Under the pieces are notes generated by a model, which ran no database searches, had not been told where the DNA came from, and saw nothing but the letters and a program-made list of their open reading frames with translations. A program made the translations under genes and the position numbers. DNA of 64,000 nt, taken from contig JACROE010000002.1 of assembly GCA_016214565.1 (NCBI GenBank), positions 664,007 to 728,006 on the forward strand, written 5' to 3'. This stretch comes from Candidatus Kerfeldbacteria bacterium (GTDB lineage Bacteria; Patescibacteriota; Patescibacteriia; UBA10025; JAHIVO01). Within the stretch, counting starts at the first letter, position 1; the number at the start of each line of letters is the position of its first letter. Shown here in pieces: positions 56,687 through 64,000 of this stretch.

Positions 56687-58410
56687 GTAACGTGCTGACA
56701 CTTGGCAATAACGCCCTAACAGGCGAGCGCATTCAGCTTGAATTGAGGGATATCTTTTCTCATTGGGCAATAATCGGAGGGTCCGGCCGGGGAAAGAGTC
56801 GCCTCTTGGCCGCGATACTCATGTTCTGCATGCTTCATCACGTGCCGGTTATCGTGCTCGATCCGGGTGAAGAACTATACCGCTGGGGTGTTTCCTATGC
56901 AGCGGCGGCTTCACACCTGTCGCGCCTCTGCTGCATCGACCTTAATGACCAGCAGTATTCCTTTGGGTTCGACTGGAAGAAAGGTTACGGAGTATCTTCC
57001 GTAACTTTGTTTGATCTAATCTACAAAGCGATTTGCAAGGTGTACGGCCAGTCAGATTCGACAGTTGCGCCACTCACGGAAACGTGGATGCGGAACACAT
57101 TGGTGCCGTTGATAGAAAATCCGCAGGCAACGCTTGCGGAAATGCTCGAGTTCGCCTCACCCTCACACTCGCTGCTCCGTGCGGCTATTCTTCGGAATAT
57201 CCAGAACGATTACATTCGCCGCGAATGGGAATCTTTTGAGTCACTGAAACGCTACGAACGGGAGCAATTGGTCATGGCCGTGCATAACCGCGCGGCCAAG
57301 CTGACTATTCCAAATGAGGCACGGCGGATGCTGGGACAACTCAATCCGGCATTCGATCTGGCGCGAGCCATCGAGGAGCGCAAAGTGATTCTCGTCAATC
57401 TTGCACCAACGAGGGTTTCGCGGGAATTGCAGCGCACGTTCGCCATCACGCTTATCAACCAGGTGGTGAACTATGCCTACCGTCGCTCACCGAAAGAGCG
57501 GAAGCGCGGAGTGCTGGTGCTGTGCGACGAAGCGTCTGAGTACGCTTCCGACGATTTGCCGCTGGCACTCGACAAACTAAGGAAGTTCGGCGTCTATTTC
57601 GTCTTGAGTTATCAAACGTTAGCCCAGGCCGAGAAGATTCCCGGATACCTTGACTCGCTTTTTACAAACACCGATGTGAAGATCGCCTTCAGGACTTCAC
57701 GTCGGGACGCCGAGGAATTAGTCGGCGAGATGTTTCCAGACGGTCTTACCAAACGGGAAGTGAAGGATGAAATCATCCGCACCGCCTGGGATCCGAAGGA
57801 ATCACGACGCACGGTCAAATCCTATGGGCGAGCGCACGGCAGAAGCAGCACGAGCGGGGAATCGTCGAGCTCCGGCCATTCATCCGGTTTGGGCGGCGGG
57901 CTTGCCTGGTCGCACTCTCAGCCGTTGGACGGAGACCATCCGTATTCAGGTTCGCAGTCTTATGGCTGGAATAATTCGCGCTTCGAGGCAACCATGGACT
58001 CGGATTCCAGCATCAGCGCGGAGTCAGAGTCCGAGAGCGAATCCGAGTCTGAGGCCATTGTGCCGTTCTATGAGTTCCTTGCCCGCAATGAAGTATCCAG
58101 CCGGACGTTCTATTCGGTTTCTGAATTGCGCGAGCGGTTCATCAGCTGGTTCTTGCTGCAGCCCAGGCGGCATGCACAGGTGAAAATCGGAGATCGTTCG
58201 ACGGTACCGATGATTACCACTTATGTGCCGGACGTGCGGGTTCGGGAGAAGGACCTGCAAAAAGCCATCATGCGGTCGAACCTGAAGTACGCACTTCCGG
58301 TAGCTGAAGTCGACCGGCAGATTGAACAGCGTCGAACGCTCTTACTCCAGGGCGCGGAGCAGGAACTGCAGCGGGAAACCGAAGCAGTCGAAGTTTCGCG
58401 CTGGCACTAA
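56683..58410 (+). CDS. VirD4/TraD-like type IV coupling ATPase (no TM)
   Basis: HWAIIGGSGRGKS, VLDP, LCDEA, LRKFG..LSYQTLAQ, NTDVKIAFR; Ser-rich insert. Confidence 0.85.
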   Translation: MSNVLTLGNNALTGERIQLELRDIFSHWAIIGGSGRGKSRLLAAILMFCMLHHVPVIVLDPGEELYRWGVSYAAAASHLSRLCCIDLNDQQYSFGFDWKKGYGVSSVTLFDLIYKAICKVYGQSDSTVAPLTETWMRNTLVPLIENPQATLAEMLEFASPSHSLLRAAILRNIQNDYIRREWESFESLKRYEREQLVMAVHNRAAKLTIPNEARRMLGQLNPAFDLARAIEERKVILVNLAPTRVSRELQRTFAITLINQVVNYAYRRSPKERKRGVLVLCDEASEYASDDLPLALDKLRKFGVYFVLSYQTLAQAEKIPGYLDSLFTNTDVKIAFRTSRRDAEELVGEMFPDGLTKREVKDEIIRTAWDPKESRRTVKSYGRAHGRSSTSGESSSSGHSSGLGGGLAWSHSQPLDGDHPYSGSQSYGWNNSRFEATMDSDSSISAESESESESESEAIVPFYEFLARNEVSSRTFYSVSELRERFISWFLLQPRRHAQVKIGDRSTVPMITTYVPDVRVREKDLQKAIMRSNLKYALPVAEVDRQIEQRRTLLLQGAEQELQRETEAVEVSRWH

Positions 58411-58423
58411 AGGAGGCGGACTC

Positions 58424-58648
58424 ATGGACAATGATCGTTTTATGACAAAGCAGGAGGTAGCTGATCTTTTGCACTTAAGCCCTTTTACCATTGACCAATG
58501 GGTGTCGAAGAGAAGGAACCTCCCTTATGTGAAGATTGGGCGCAAGGTCATGTTCTACGAAAGCGACATACGGGAATACTTACGTCGTCAGACCGTTGTG
58601 CCTGAAAGTTCAACAACGGCATTACCTGCCGAAGGAAGAAAGTCATGA
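58424..58648 (+). CDS. Excisionase-like HTH_17 protein
   Basis: RBS AGGAGG; FMTKQEVADLL..TIDQWV..LPYVKIGRKVMF. Confidence 0.85.
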   Translation: MDNDRFMTKQEVADLLHLSPFTIDQWVSKRRNLPYVKIGRKVMFYESDIREYLRRQTVVPESSTTALPAEGRKS

Positions 58649-58660
58649 TTGGTGATGCAT

Positions 58661-58861
58661 ATGACACAACTCGTGGATGCACAGGAACTGGCGCGCCGCC
58701 TGGGCGTGCCCGTTTCCTGGATATACGACCGGACCCGCAAAGGCGGGCCGGACCGGTTGCCGTTTTTGAAAGTCGGGAAATACGTGCGGTTCTCCGAGGC
58801 GGAAGTCCTTGAGCATCTGCGCGCTAAGGCCGTGCTCGAATCAAACGGCGAAGGTGATTGA
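58661..58861 (+). CDS. Second excisionase-like HTH_17 protein
   Basis: LVDAQELARRLGVPVSWIY..LPFLKVGKYVRF. Confidence 0.85.
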   Translation: MTQLVDAQELARRLGVPVSWIYDRTRKGGPDRLPFLKVGKYVRFSEAEVLEHLRAKAVLESNGEGD

Positions 58862-58998
58862 CTTACCGTCCGCGCTCCTAGTATGGTGCGGACATGTATC
58901 AGTCACTTGCAATCACAGCCAGTGGCACGGCGCACGCCGTGCTACTGGTACAATTCGAAATCGTATCACTTGCCAGACAGAAAGGAGGTGAAAACAAT

Positions 58999-60138
58999 TT
59001 GGCACAAGGAAGCATCGTCAAGAAATCCGGCTCCTGGTACGCGGTCTACCGCGTGGCGGGAAAACAGAAGTGGGAAAAGGCCGGTCCGACCAAACGATTG
59101 GCGGAACACCTGTTGACGAAGCGTATCAGCGAACTGCACGCTGGCATCATTCCGGTCGAGACTAAGATTCTTTTCCGGGAATTTGCCGAGAAGTGGCTGG
59201 CTGATTACGCCAAGATATCAGTGAAGCCGTCGACCTATTCGAGCTACTGCGACATCTTCCGTCTGCACCTGACGCCGCACCTGGGGCACTTGCTGCTCTC
59301 TCGCGTTGCGCCAGTCTGCATTCAGGTGCTCGTGGCGCGGAAGCTGGAGGATGGACTTTCTCCGAAATCAGTAGTCAATATGCTGGTTCCGTTAAAGGAG
59401 ATGTACCGGCACGCGCGGGAATGGGGGTATGTTCAGCATGACCCCACGCTTGCGGTGAAACGGCCCCGGATCGAACACGAAGAAATGGACTTTCTAACTC
59501 ACGCCGAGATTCGGAAGTTTCTGGAAGCGGTTCGACCCGAATTCCACACCCTGTTCTTAACCGCAATCCTGACCGGCATGCGCCGGGGGGAACTGCTGGC
59601 GCTCAAATGGGGTGACATTGACTGGCAGTCAGGGCAAATCTGCGTCAGGAGATCGCTCTATAAGGGCAGTTTCGTGTCGCCGAAGTCCAGGAACGGCGTT
59701 CGCCGCATCATCATGTCGGATGTACTGGCCGGAAATCTGGAATACGACCGCCGCCTGGCGAATCCGGAACACGAGCTGGTTTTTTGCACTCCAGAAGGGA
59801 AACCTCTGGATGCCGACAATCTCGTGAAACGCGAATTCCATCCGGCACTGGAGCGGGCGGGAATCAGACGAATACGCTTCCATGACCTGAGGCATACTTT
59901 CGCGTCGCTCTTAATTGCCAACGGTGAGGATATCAAGTTCGTGCAGTCTATGCTGGGACACGCATCGGCGACAACCACGCTGGACCGGTACGGACACCTC
60001 TTCCCCGGAACGCAACGGGACGCTTCGCGACGCCTGGACAATGCGGTCTTTCCGACGGCTGTTAGAAAACTGTTAGAAAGCACCGAATCCGAGGAGTCCG
60101 GGACTCCACGTTCATCGATTCAAGTGCTTGAGAATTGA
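58999..60138 (+). CDS. Tyrosine integrase (arm-binding + SAM-like + catalytic)
   Basis: RBS AAAGGAGG then TTG; GSIVKK..WY; TGMRRGELLALKW; PKS; FHDLRHTFAS; LGH..TTLDRYGH. Confidence 0.93.
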   Translation: MAQGSIVKKSGSWYAVYRVAGKQKWEKAGPTKRLAEHLLTKRISELHAGIIPVETKILFREFAEKWLADYAKISVKPSTYSSYCDIFRLHLTPHLGHLLLSRVAPVCIQVLVARKLEDGLSPKSVVNMLVPLKEMYRHAREWGYVQHDPTLAVKRPRIEHEEMDFLTHAEIRKFLEAVRPEFHTLFLTAILTGMRRGELLALKWGDIDWQSGQICVRRSLYKGSFVSPKSRNGVRRIIMSDVLAGNLEYDRRLANPEHELVFCTPEGKPLDADNLVKREFHPALERAGIRRIRFHDLRHTFASLLIANGEDIKFVQSMLGHASATTTLDRYGHLFPGTQRDASRRLDNAVFPTAVRKLLESTESEESGTPRSSIQVLEN

Positions 60139-60333
60139 GAGCTTGATTTGGTGGCGGGGGCAGGATTTGAACCTGCGACCTTCGGGTTATGAGCCAGTTC
60201 TGATTCCATAACACGGGACAACAAGGGACACCAAAAGACAAGAACGGCAATTAGTTGCCGGGATTCGTCATTCTCCTTGTTGTCCCGTTCTTCATGCTGT
60301 TTTGGTTACTCTTGTTAGAAAGCTGTTAGAAAG
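60059..60333. other. Apparently intact attP of the tyrosine integrase
   Basis: Tandem TGTTAGAAA pairs at 60059-60080 and 60312-60333 flank a tRNA-fMet half; 14-bp IR at 60213-60226/60275-60288. Confidence 0.75.
60149..60195 (-). pseudogene. 47-nt 3' half of a tRNA-fMet (att core)
   Basis: Reverse complement GGCTCATAACCCGAAGGTCGCAGGTTCAAATCCTGCCCCCGCCACCA; 5' half absent. Confidence 0.9.
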
Positions 60334-60440
60334 AAGCGGTATCCCGCGATATGCGGGATGCACTCTAATCCCACCCATCGCACCCCGAAAACACCTTCAC
60401 CTTCGCGCCACTTTTTTCCAAACACGACCAATGGCCACGG

Positions 60441-60683
60441 CTTGTCCGCAATGTCATAAAGGGTATCACAGAGTCTCAGGTACCCGTCCAAGGTAGTACG
60501 TACCGTCTCCACCTTGACGCGCTGCACCCGTTTCGAACTGAATGGACAGCCTTACCGCCTGCCCACAGTGTCGAATTCGGTTTTGGCCTTCATTCATTAC
60601 AGCTAACACCTCCACTCATTCCGGCTACTCCACCCCTCTGTGCTTTCTGAAGTACAGCGGAGAGACAAGCCGACGTGAGTCTC
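60441..60683 (+). repeat. ~240-nt self-complementary upstream repeat, copy 1
   Basis: Near-identical to 61191-61427 at both ends; CTTGTC-CGC pairs with GCG-GAGA-GACAAG, CACAGAG with CTCTGTG. Confidence 0.85.
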
Positions 60684-60724
60684 GCCAATTAAACAAACTA
60701 ACCGCCGGAGAAAGGTTCATATAT

Positions 60725-61102
60725 ATGGACCTCAACAAGATTCAACTAATCGGCCGCCTGTCGGTCGACCCCGAGCGCGGGGTAAGCGAGAAAGACGTGC
60801 CAAACACCGTCTTTACCCTGCAGACCGAGCGGGTCTGGAAGGATAAGGCGACGGGCGAAACCAAGCGCGCGGTCGACAACCACCGCGTGTTCGCGGTCGG
60901 ACGACTCGCCGAAGTCATCCTGAAGTACTTAAAGAAAGGCGACCGGGTGTATGTCGACGGTACGCTCCGTTCTGCTGAAGCGTCGCAGAAGAATGGTCTG
61001 GTTGCCCAGAACCTCATCATGCTGGGCGGGCCGAAGCGGGAGCCGAAGAACGACGATATCGTAGTCGAGGAAATCGACACGGACAAGGGAGCGGGGGTTT
61101 AA
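60725..61102 (+). CDS. ssb: Single-stranded DNA-binding protein
   Basis: MDLNKIQLIGRL..DPE, WKDK.TGE, YLKKGDRVYVDG.L; acidic tail lacking DDIPF; ATG 60725. Confidence 0.88.
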   Translation: MDLNKIQLIGRLSVDPERGVSEKDVPNTVFTLQTERVWKDKATGETKRAVDNHRVFAVGRLAEVILKYLKKGDRVYVDGTLRSAEASQKNGLVAQNLIMLGGPKREPKNDDIVVEEIDTDKGAGV

Positions 61103-61119
61103 CCCCCTCTCCTTTTTTT
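61088..61119 (+). terminator. Rho-independent terminator after ssb
   Basis: GGAGCGGGGGTT-T-AACCCCCTCTCC-T7. Confidence 0.75.
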
Positions 61120-61190
61120 GTGCGAAGGTGAAGGGAGGGTGCTCCCACCCTCTGACAGCTTCATGATATGTGGAAAGGTCACAGAGTCGT

Positions 61191-61427
61191 CTTGTCCGCA
61201 GTGCCATAAAGGGTATCACAGAGTCTCAAGTACCCGTCCAAGGTAGTACGTACCGTCTCCACCTTGACGGGCAGCGCATCGGGCGTACACTGATGGACAG
61301 CTACCTCACCTGCCCACAGTCTATCCCGGCTTGGCATGCGCTCGTAATGATATTTCACTTCGCTCCTGCTACTCCACCCCTCTGTGGTCTCTGAAGGTTC
61401 GCGGAGAGACAAGCCGACGCAAGTCTC
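61191..61427 (+). repeat. ~240-nt self-complementary upstream repeat, copy 2
   Basis: See copy 1; contains TTGACG-N16-TACACT at 61264-61291. Confidence 0.85.
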
Positions 61428-61466
61428 TCACTAATATCAATCAATCGTCGGAGAAGGATTCAATAT

Positions 61467-61817
61467 ATGAATCAAGAAGATCGTAATACATTCGGAACGG
61501 TAATTTCCGATCCACGGAAACCCGAGGATGGTGATAAAACCCGCTATGTCGCTTTTCGTGTCGAAAAGGACAAGAAGAGCAGCAACGGTTCCCGCCAAAC
61601 CAAACTGGTAATCGCCCTCGGGCAAAGTGCTACCGATGTCGAGACGTACTTCAAGAAGGGTAGCAAGTATGGAATTGATCCATCGGTGAAACCCCTGAAT
61701 GCAAAAGTATACAGCGACACTGATCCAAACTTAGAGTCGTGTCTTGAATACTGTGTGATTGTGATTGACGAACCGCAATCAGGCGACGCTGAACCCGCGG
61801 AGAAAGGAGAGGGGTAA
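61467..61817 (+). CDS. Hypothetical protein (possible OB-like fold) under repeat copy 2
   Basis: Same leader as ssb (CGxCGGAGAAxG..CA.TATATG) and the same terminator type. Confidence 0.7.
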   Translation: MNQEDRNTFGTVISDPRKPEDGDKTRYVAFRVEKDKKSSNGSRQTKLVIALGQSATDVETYFKKGSKYGIDPSVKPLNAKVYSDTDPNLESCLEYCVIVIDEPQSGDAEPAEKGEG

Positions 61818-61832
61818 CCCCCTCCTTTTTTT
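61806..61832 (+). terminator. Rho-independent terminator, paralogous to the one after ssb
   Basis: GGAGAGGGG-TAA-CCCCCTCC-T7. Confidence 0.72.
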
Positions 61833-61984
61833 GTGCTCAAGGTGAAGAGGCGTGCTCCTACCCTCATGTCTTTTTTGTCCACAGCTAATTGCCTATGTCG
61901 GCAATTGAGCGATTCCACCGGTCGGATAGACTGAACGATGCTATTAACCATCGTTCCTTAACAATCCAAACACCGGAGGACAGT

Positions 61985-63049
61985 ATGACTGTCAATTTGT
62001 ACGAGGCTCACCAGCAATGGGCGTCACGACCAGCCGACGAACGCTTTTCGTCGCTGGAAGATCTTGCCGCTCACGTTCGCGCCAGGCGCGACGGTTCGCG
62101 GGAGGAGGTCGTCAATGTCCGAGACCTGCACGTCGCTGTAGAGGGCGAGCACGGCATGGGCCTGAATCACCATCACCCGACCGCCCTGTTTACCCATTGG
62201 GCGTTCGGGCAATTGTGTACCACCATCGTGGCACCAGCTCGTTATCTCCGTACCCTTCCAGCTGAACTTGCTGGCGATTGCTTAAGGCAAGGGTTATCCA
62301 GGTCAACCGAGAAGTGCAGGATACTCTACCGCAATTTCGAGGAAGGCTTTGCCGGAAACGGCATGCTTCAAACAGCGGCGTTGACCGGGCCCTCCTATGG
62401 CAGAATCTGGGACAGCGAAGTGATCGCCGCCTTACAAAAAGCCGTATCCGGCTCAAGCTGGCACGTGCCAGAGAGTAAACATGACTTGCCGAGCGGACTC
62501 TACGCTTCTGATCGGGACATGTTTGCCTTTATGGTGAGCGACGAACCTCCGATAGAAGTCGGTAACGCCAAACTCGGAAGAGGATTCTTTATTTGGAATT
62601 CGGAGACCGGCGCTTCGACATTCGGTCTGACCACGTTCCTATACAACTATGTGTGTGGCAATCACATTGTTTGGGGAGCGGAGGAAATCAACGAACTGCG
62701 CATTGTGCACCGCGAGAAAGCACCTGATCGATACTATCGCGAAGCAGTCCCGTTCTTGAATCGGTTTGTCGAAAGCCGTTCACTGACAGATTCTGTCAGT
62801 GAAACGGTGTATCGGGCTATGCGCGAGAGGATTGGAGTTTCCGTCGAGGACGTGCTCAAATGGTTTGCTCAAAAGCCCTTCTCCAAACGAGAAATCACCG
62901 AGGCGTTCACCATCGGACAGTCGGAAGGCGACGATCCGACAACGCTTTGGGGGATAGTGCAGGGATTAACCGCCTATGCCCGCCACTTCAAACACATCGA
63001 CTCAAGAGTGGACCTTGAGCGACGTACTGGGAGCCTCTTGGCGCTGTAG
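61985..63049 (+). CDS. DUF932-like protein
   Basis: QWASRPADERF, THWAFGQLC..PARYLRTLP, YGRIWD, YASDRDMF, RGFFIWNSETG, VCGNH; RBS GGAGG, ATG 61985. Confidence 0.75.
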   Translation: MTVNLYEAHQQWASRPADERFSSLEDLAAHVRARRDGSREEVVNVRDLHVAVEGEHGMGLNHHHPTALFTHWAFGQLCTTIVAPARYLRTLPAELAGDCLRQGLSRSTEKCRILYRNFEEGFAGNGMLQTAALTGPSYGRIWDSEVIAALQKAVSGSSWHVPESKHDLPSGLYASDRDMFAFMVSDEPPIEVGNAKLGRGFFIWNSETGASTFGLTTFLYNYVCGNHIVWGAEEINELRIVHREKAPDRYYREAVPFLNRFVESRSLTDSVSETVYRAMRERIGVSVEDVLKWFAQKPFSKREITEAFTIGQSEGDDPTTLWGIVQGLTAYARHFKHIDSRVDLERRTGSLLAL

Positions 63050-63073
63050 GATGGACCGATTTCCTGTAATCTG

Positions 63074-63101
63074 GAGCCCGATACTCAATGTCGGGCTCTT
63101 T
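63074..63101 (+). terminator. Terminator after the DUF932 gene
   Basis: GAGCCCGA-N9-TCGGGCTC-TTT. Confidence 0.65.
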
Positions 63102-63275
63102 GTCTTTATCATTGTCTATAGGGGCCGAAAGCTTTACTTTAGGGACTGAATTGAAGTATGCTTTAAAAATCAGGCTCCGATTACGGGGGACAATTTCTTG
63201 ACATTAAAAACCTTTAGAATCATCACATTTCCAGCGTACATTGATCTGCAGAAACAAACGCGGTAATAGATTCCT

Positions 63276-64000
63276 ATGGCAATTAGAAAATCACAACTCT
63301 ATAGCGCGATATGGCAAGGCTGCGATGAACTGCGCGGCGGCATGGACGCGTCTCAATACAAGGATTACGTTCTTGTCCTTTTGTTCGTGCGATACGTATC
63401 GGACAAGTACGCCGGTAACAAGGACGCCGTCGTAGAGATTCCTGCAGGCGGTAGTTTCGCGGACCTCATTAAGCTCAAAGGCAAGCCGAACATTGGCGAG
63501 GGGATCAATAAAGTCCTAAGCAAACTGGCCGAGGCGAACAACCTGCAAGGCGTTATCAACGCGGTTGACTTCAATGACGAGGATAAGCTCGGCAAAGGGA
63601 AGGACATGCAGGACCGCCTGTCCAATCTCATTGCTATATTCGAGAATCCTGACCTCGACTTCAGTACGAACCGGGCCGAGGGCGACGACCTTTTAGGTGA
63701 CGCCTATGAATACCTGATGAAGAATTTCGCTGTCGAGTCCGGCAAGAGCAAAGGTCAGTTTTACACTCCGGCGGAAGTTTCACGCATCATAGCTAAAGTC
63801 ATTGAGGCTAATCGTGCCACCGGTAAGAGACAGACAGTCTACGATCCGACGTGCGGAAGCGGTTCCTTGCTTCTGAAGGTTGCGGCTGAGGCTCCAAAGG
63901 GAATTGCCATCTATGGTCAGGAGTTGGATAACGCGACGGCGGGTCTGGCGATTCTGAACATGTGGCTGCACAACGAACCGACTGCCGAGATCAAGAAAGG
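63276..64000 (+). CDS. hsdM: Type I restriction-modification methyltransferase HsdM (runs off window end; not in ORF track)
   Basis: MAIRKSQLYSAIWQGCDELRGGMDASQYKDYVL...LGDAYEYLM..FA..SGKSKGQFYTP...VYDPTCGSGSLL...YGQE. Confidence 0.93.
   Translation, partial: MAIRKSQLYSAIWQGCDELRGGMDASQYKDYVLVLLFVRYVSDKYAGNKDAVVEIPAGGSFADLIKLKGKPNIGEGINKVLSKLAEANNLQGVINAVDFNDEDKLGKGKDMQDRLSNLIAIFENPDLDFSTNRAEGDDLLGDAYEYLMKNFAVESGKSKGQFYTPAEVSRIIAKVIEANRATGKRQTVYDPTCGSGSLLLKVAAEAPKGIAIYGQELDNATAGLAILNMWLHNEPTAEIKK

Larger units (their letters stand above)
43911..64000. mobile_element. Integrative mobilisable/conjugative element at tRNA-Val (right end outside window)
   Basis: Serine recombinase abuts tRNA; relaxase, T4CP, excisionases, tyrosine integrase, ssb, DUF932, HsdM; many genes have AGGAGG-type RBS, rare in the backbone. 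Confidence 0.88.

Noticed and set aside
60149-60195. Functional tRNA-Met gene
   Set aside because: Only the 3' 47 nt are present; no D-arm or 5' acceptor strand
60542-60724. N-terminal extension of ssb and ORFs within the 240-nt repeats
   Set aside because: SSB homology begins at ATG 60725, and the two repeat copies do not conserve a reading frame
60059-61870. Repeats as a possible CRISPR array
   Set aside because: No regular repeat-spacer periodicity and no cas genes; better explained as att arms and upstream repeats
43911-64000. Prophage
   Set aside because: No capsid, terminase, portal or tail genes; relaxase and coupling protein indicate an ICE/IME

Overview
The window has three parts. 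(1) 1-23.0 kb is ordinary chromosomal backbone: sufS/sufU, sodA, ferredoxin, two DsbA-like genes, lgt, three tRNAs, parAB, topA-dprA, mfd, pilM/pilT, pth, der, LCP and a GT2. Gene content and style suggest Patescibacteria/CPR (inference). (2) 23.2-43.7 kb is a co-oriented six-gene surface locus. It starts with a 4603-aa protein that fuses an N-terminal excisionase/MerR-like HTH to a signal-anchor, phage-tail-fibre-like HxH repeats, long Thr/Gly-rich repeats and a WxL/pilin-like C-terminal domain. It is followed by a small protein sharing that C-terminal domain, a DUF916-like protein, a dockerin protein and two membrane-anchored cohesin proteins. (3) 43.9 kb to the window end is an integrated element at tRNA-Val(GAC), with a large serine recombinase reading into the tRNA. 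It carries a second tyrosine-integrase module whose attP looks intact and whose core is a tRNA-fMet half differing from the resident tRNA-fMet. It also carries FCB-type cargo (T9SS-type C-terminal domain protein, Fib_succ_major lipoprotein), a Replic_Relax relaxase, a VirD4-like coupling protein, ~240-nt self-folding repeats upstream of ssb, DUF932 and a type I HsdM. The best candidates for undescribed biology are the two-integrase element that may shuttle between a CPR cell and a different host, and the HTH-headed giant adhesin with its WxL/cohesin-dockerin assembly locus. All family calls come from motif reading; no searches were run.
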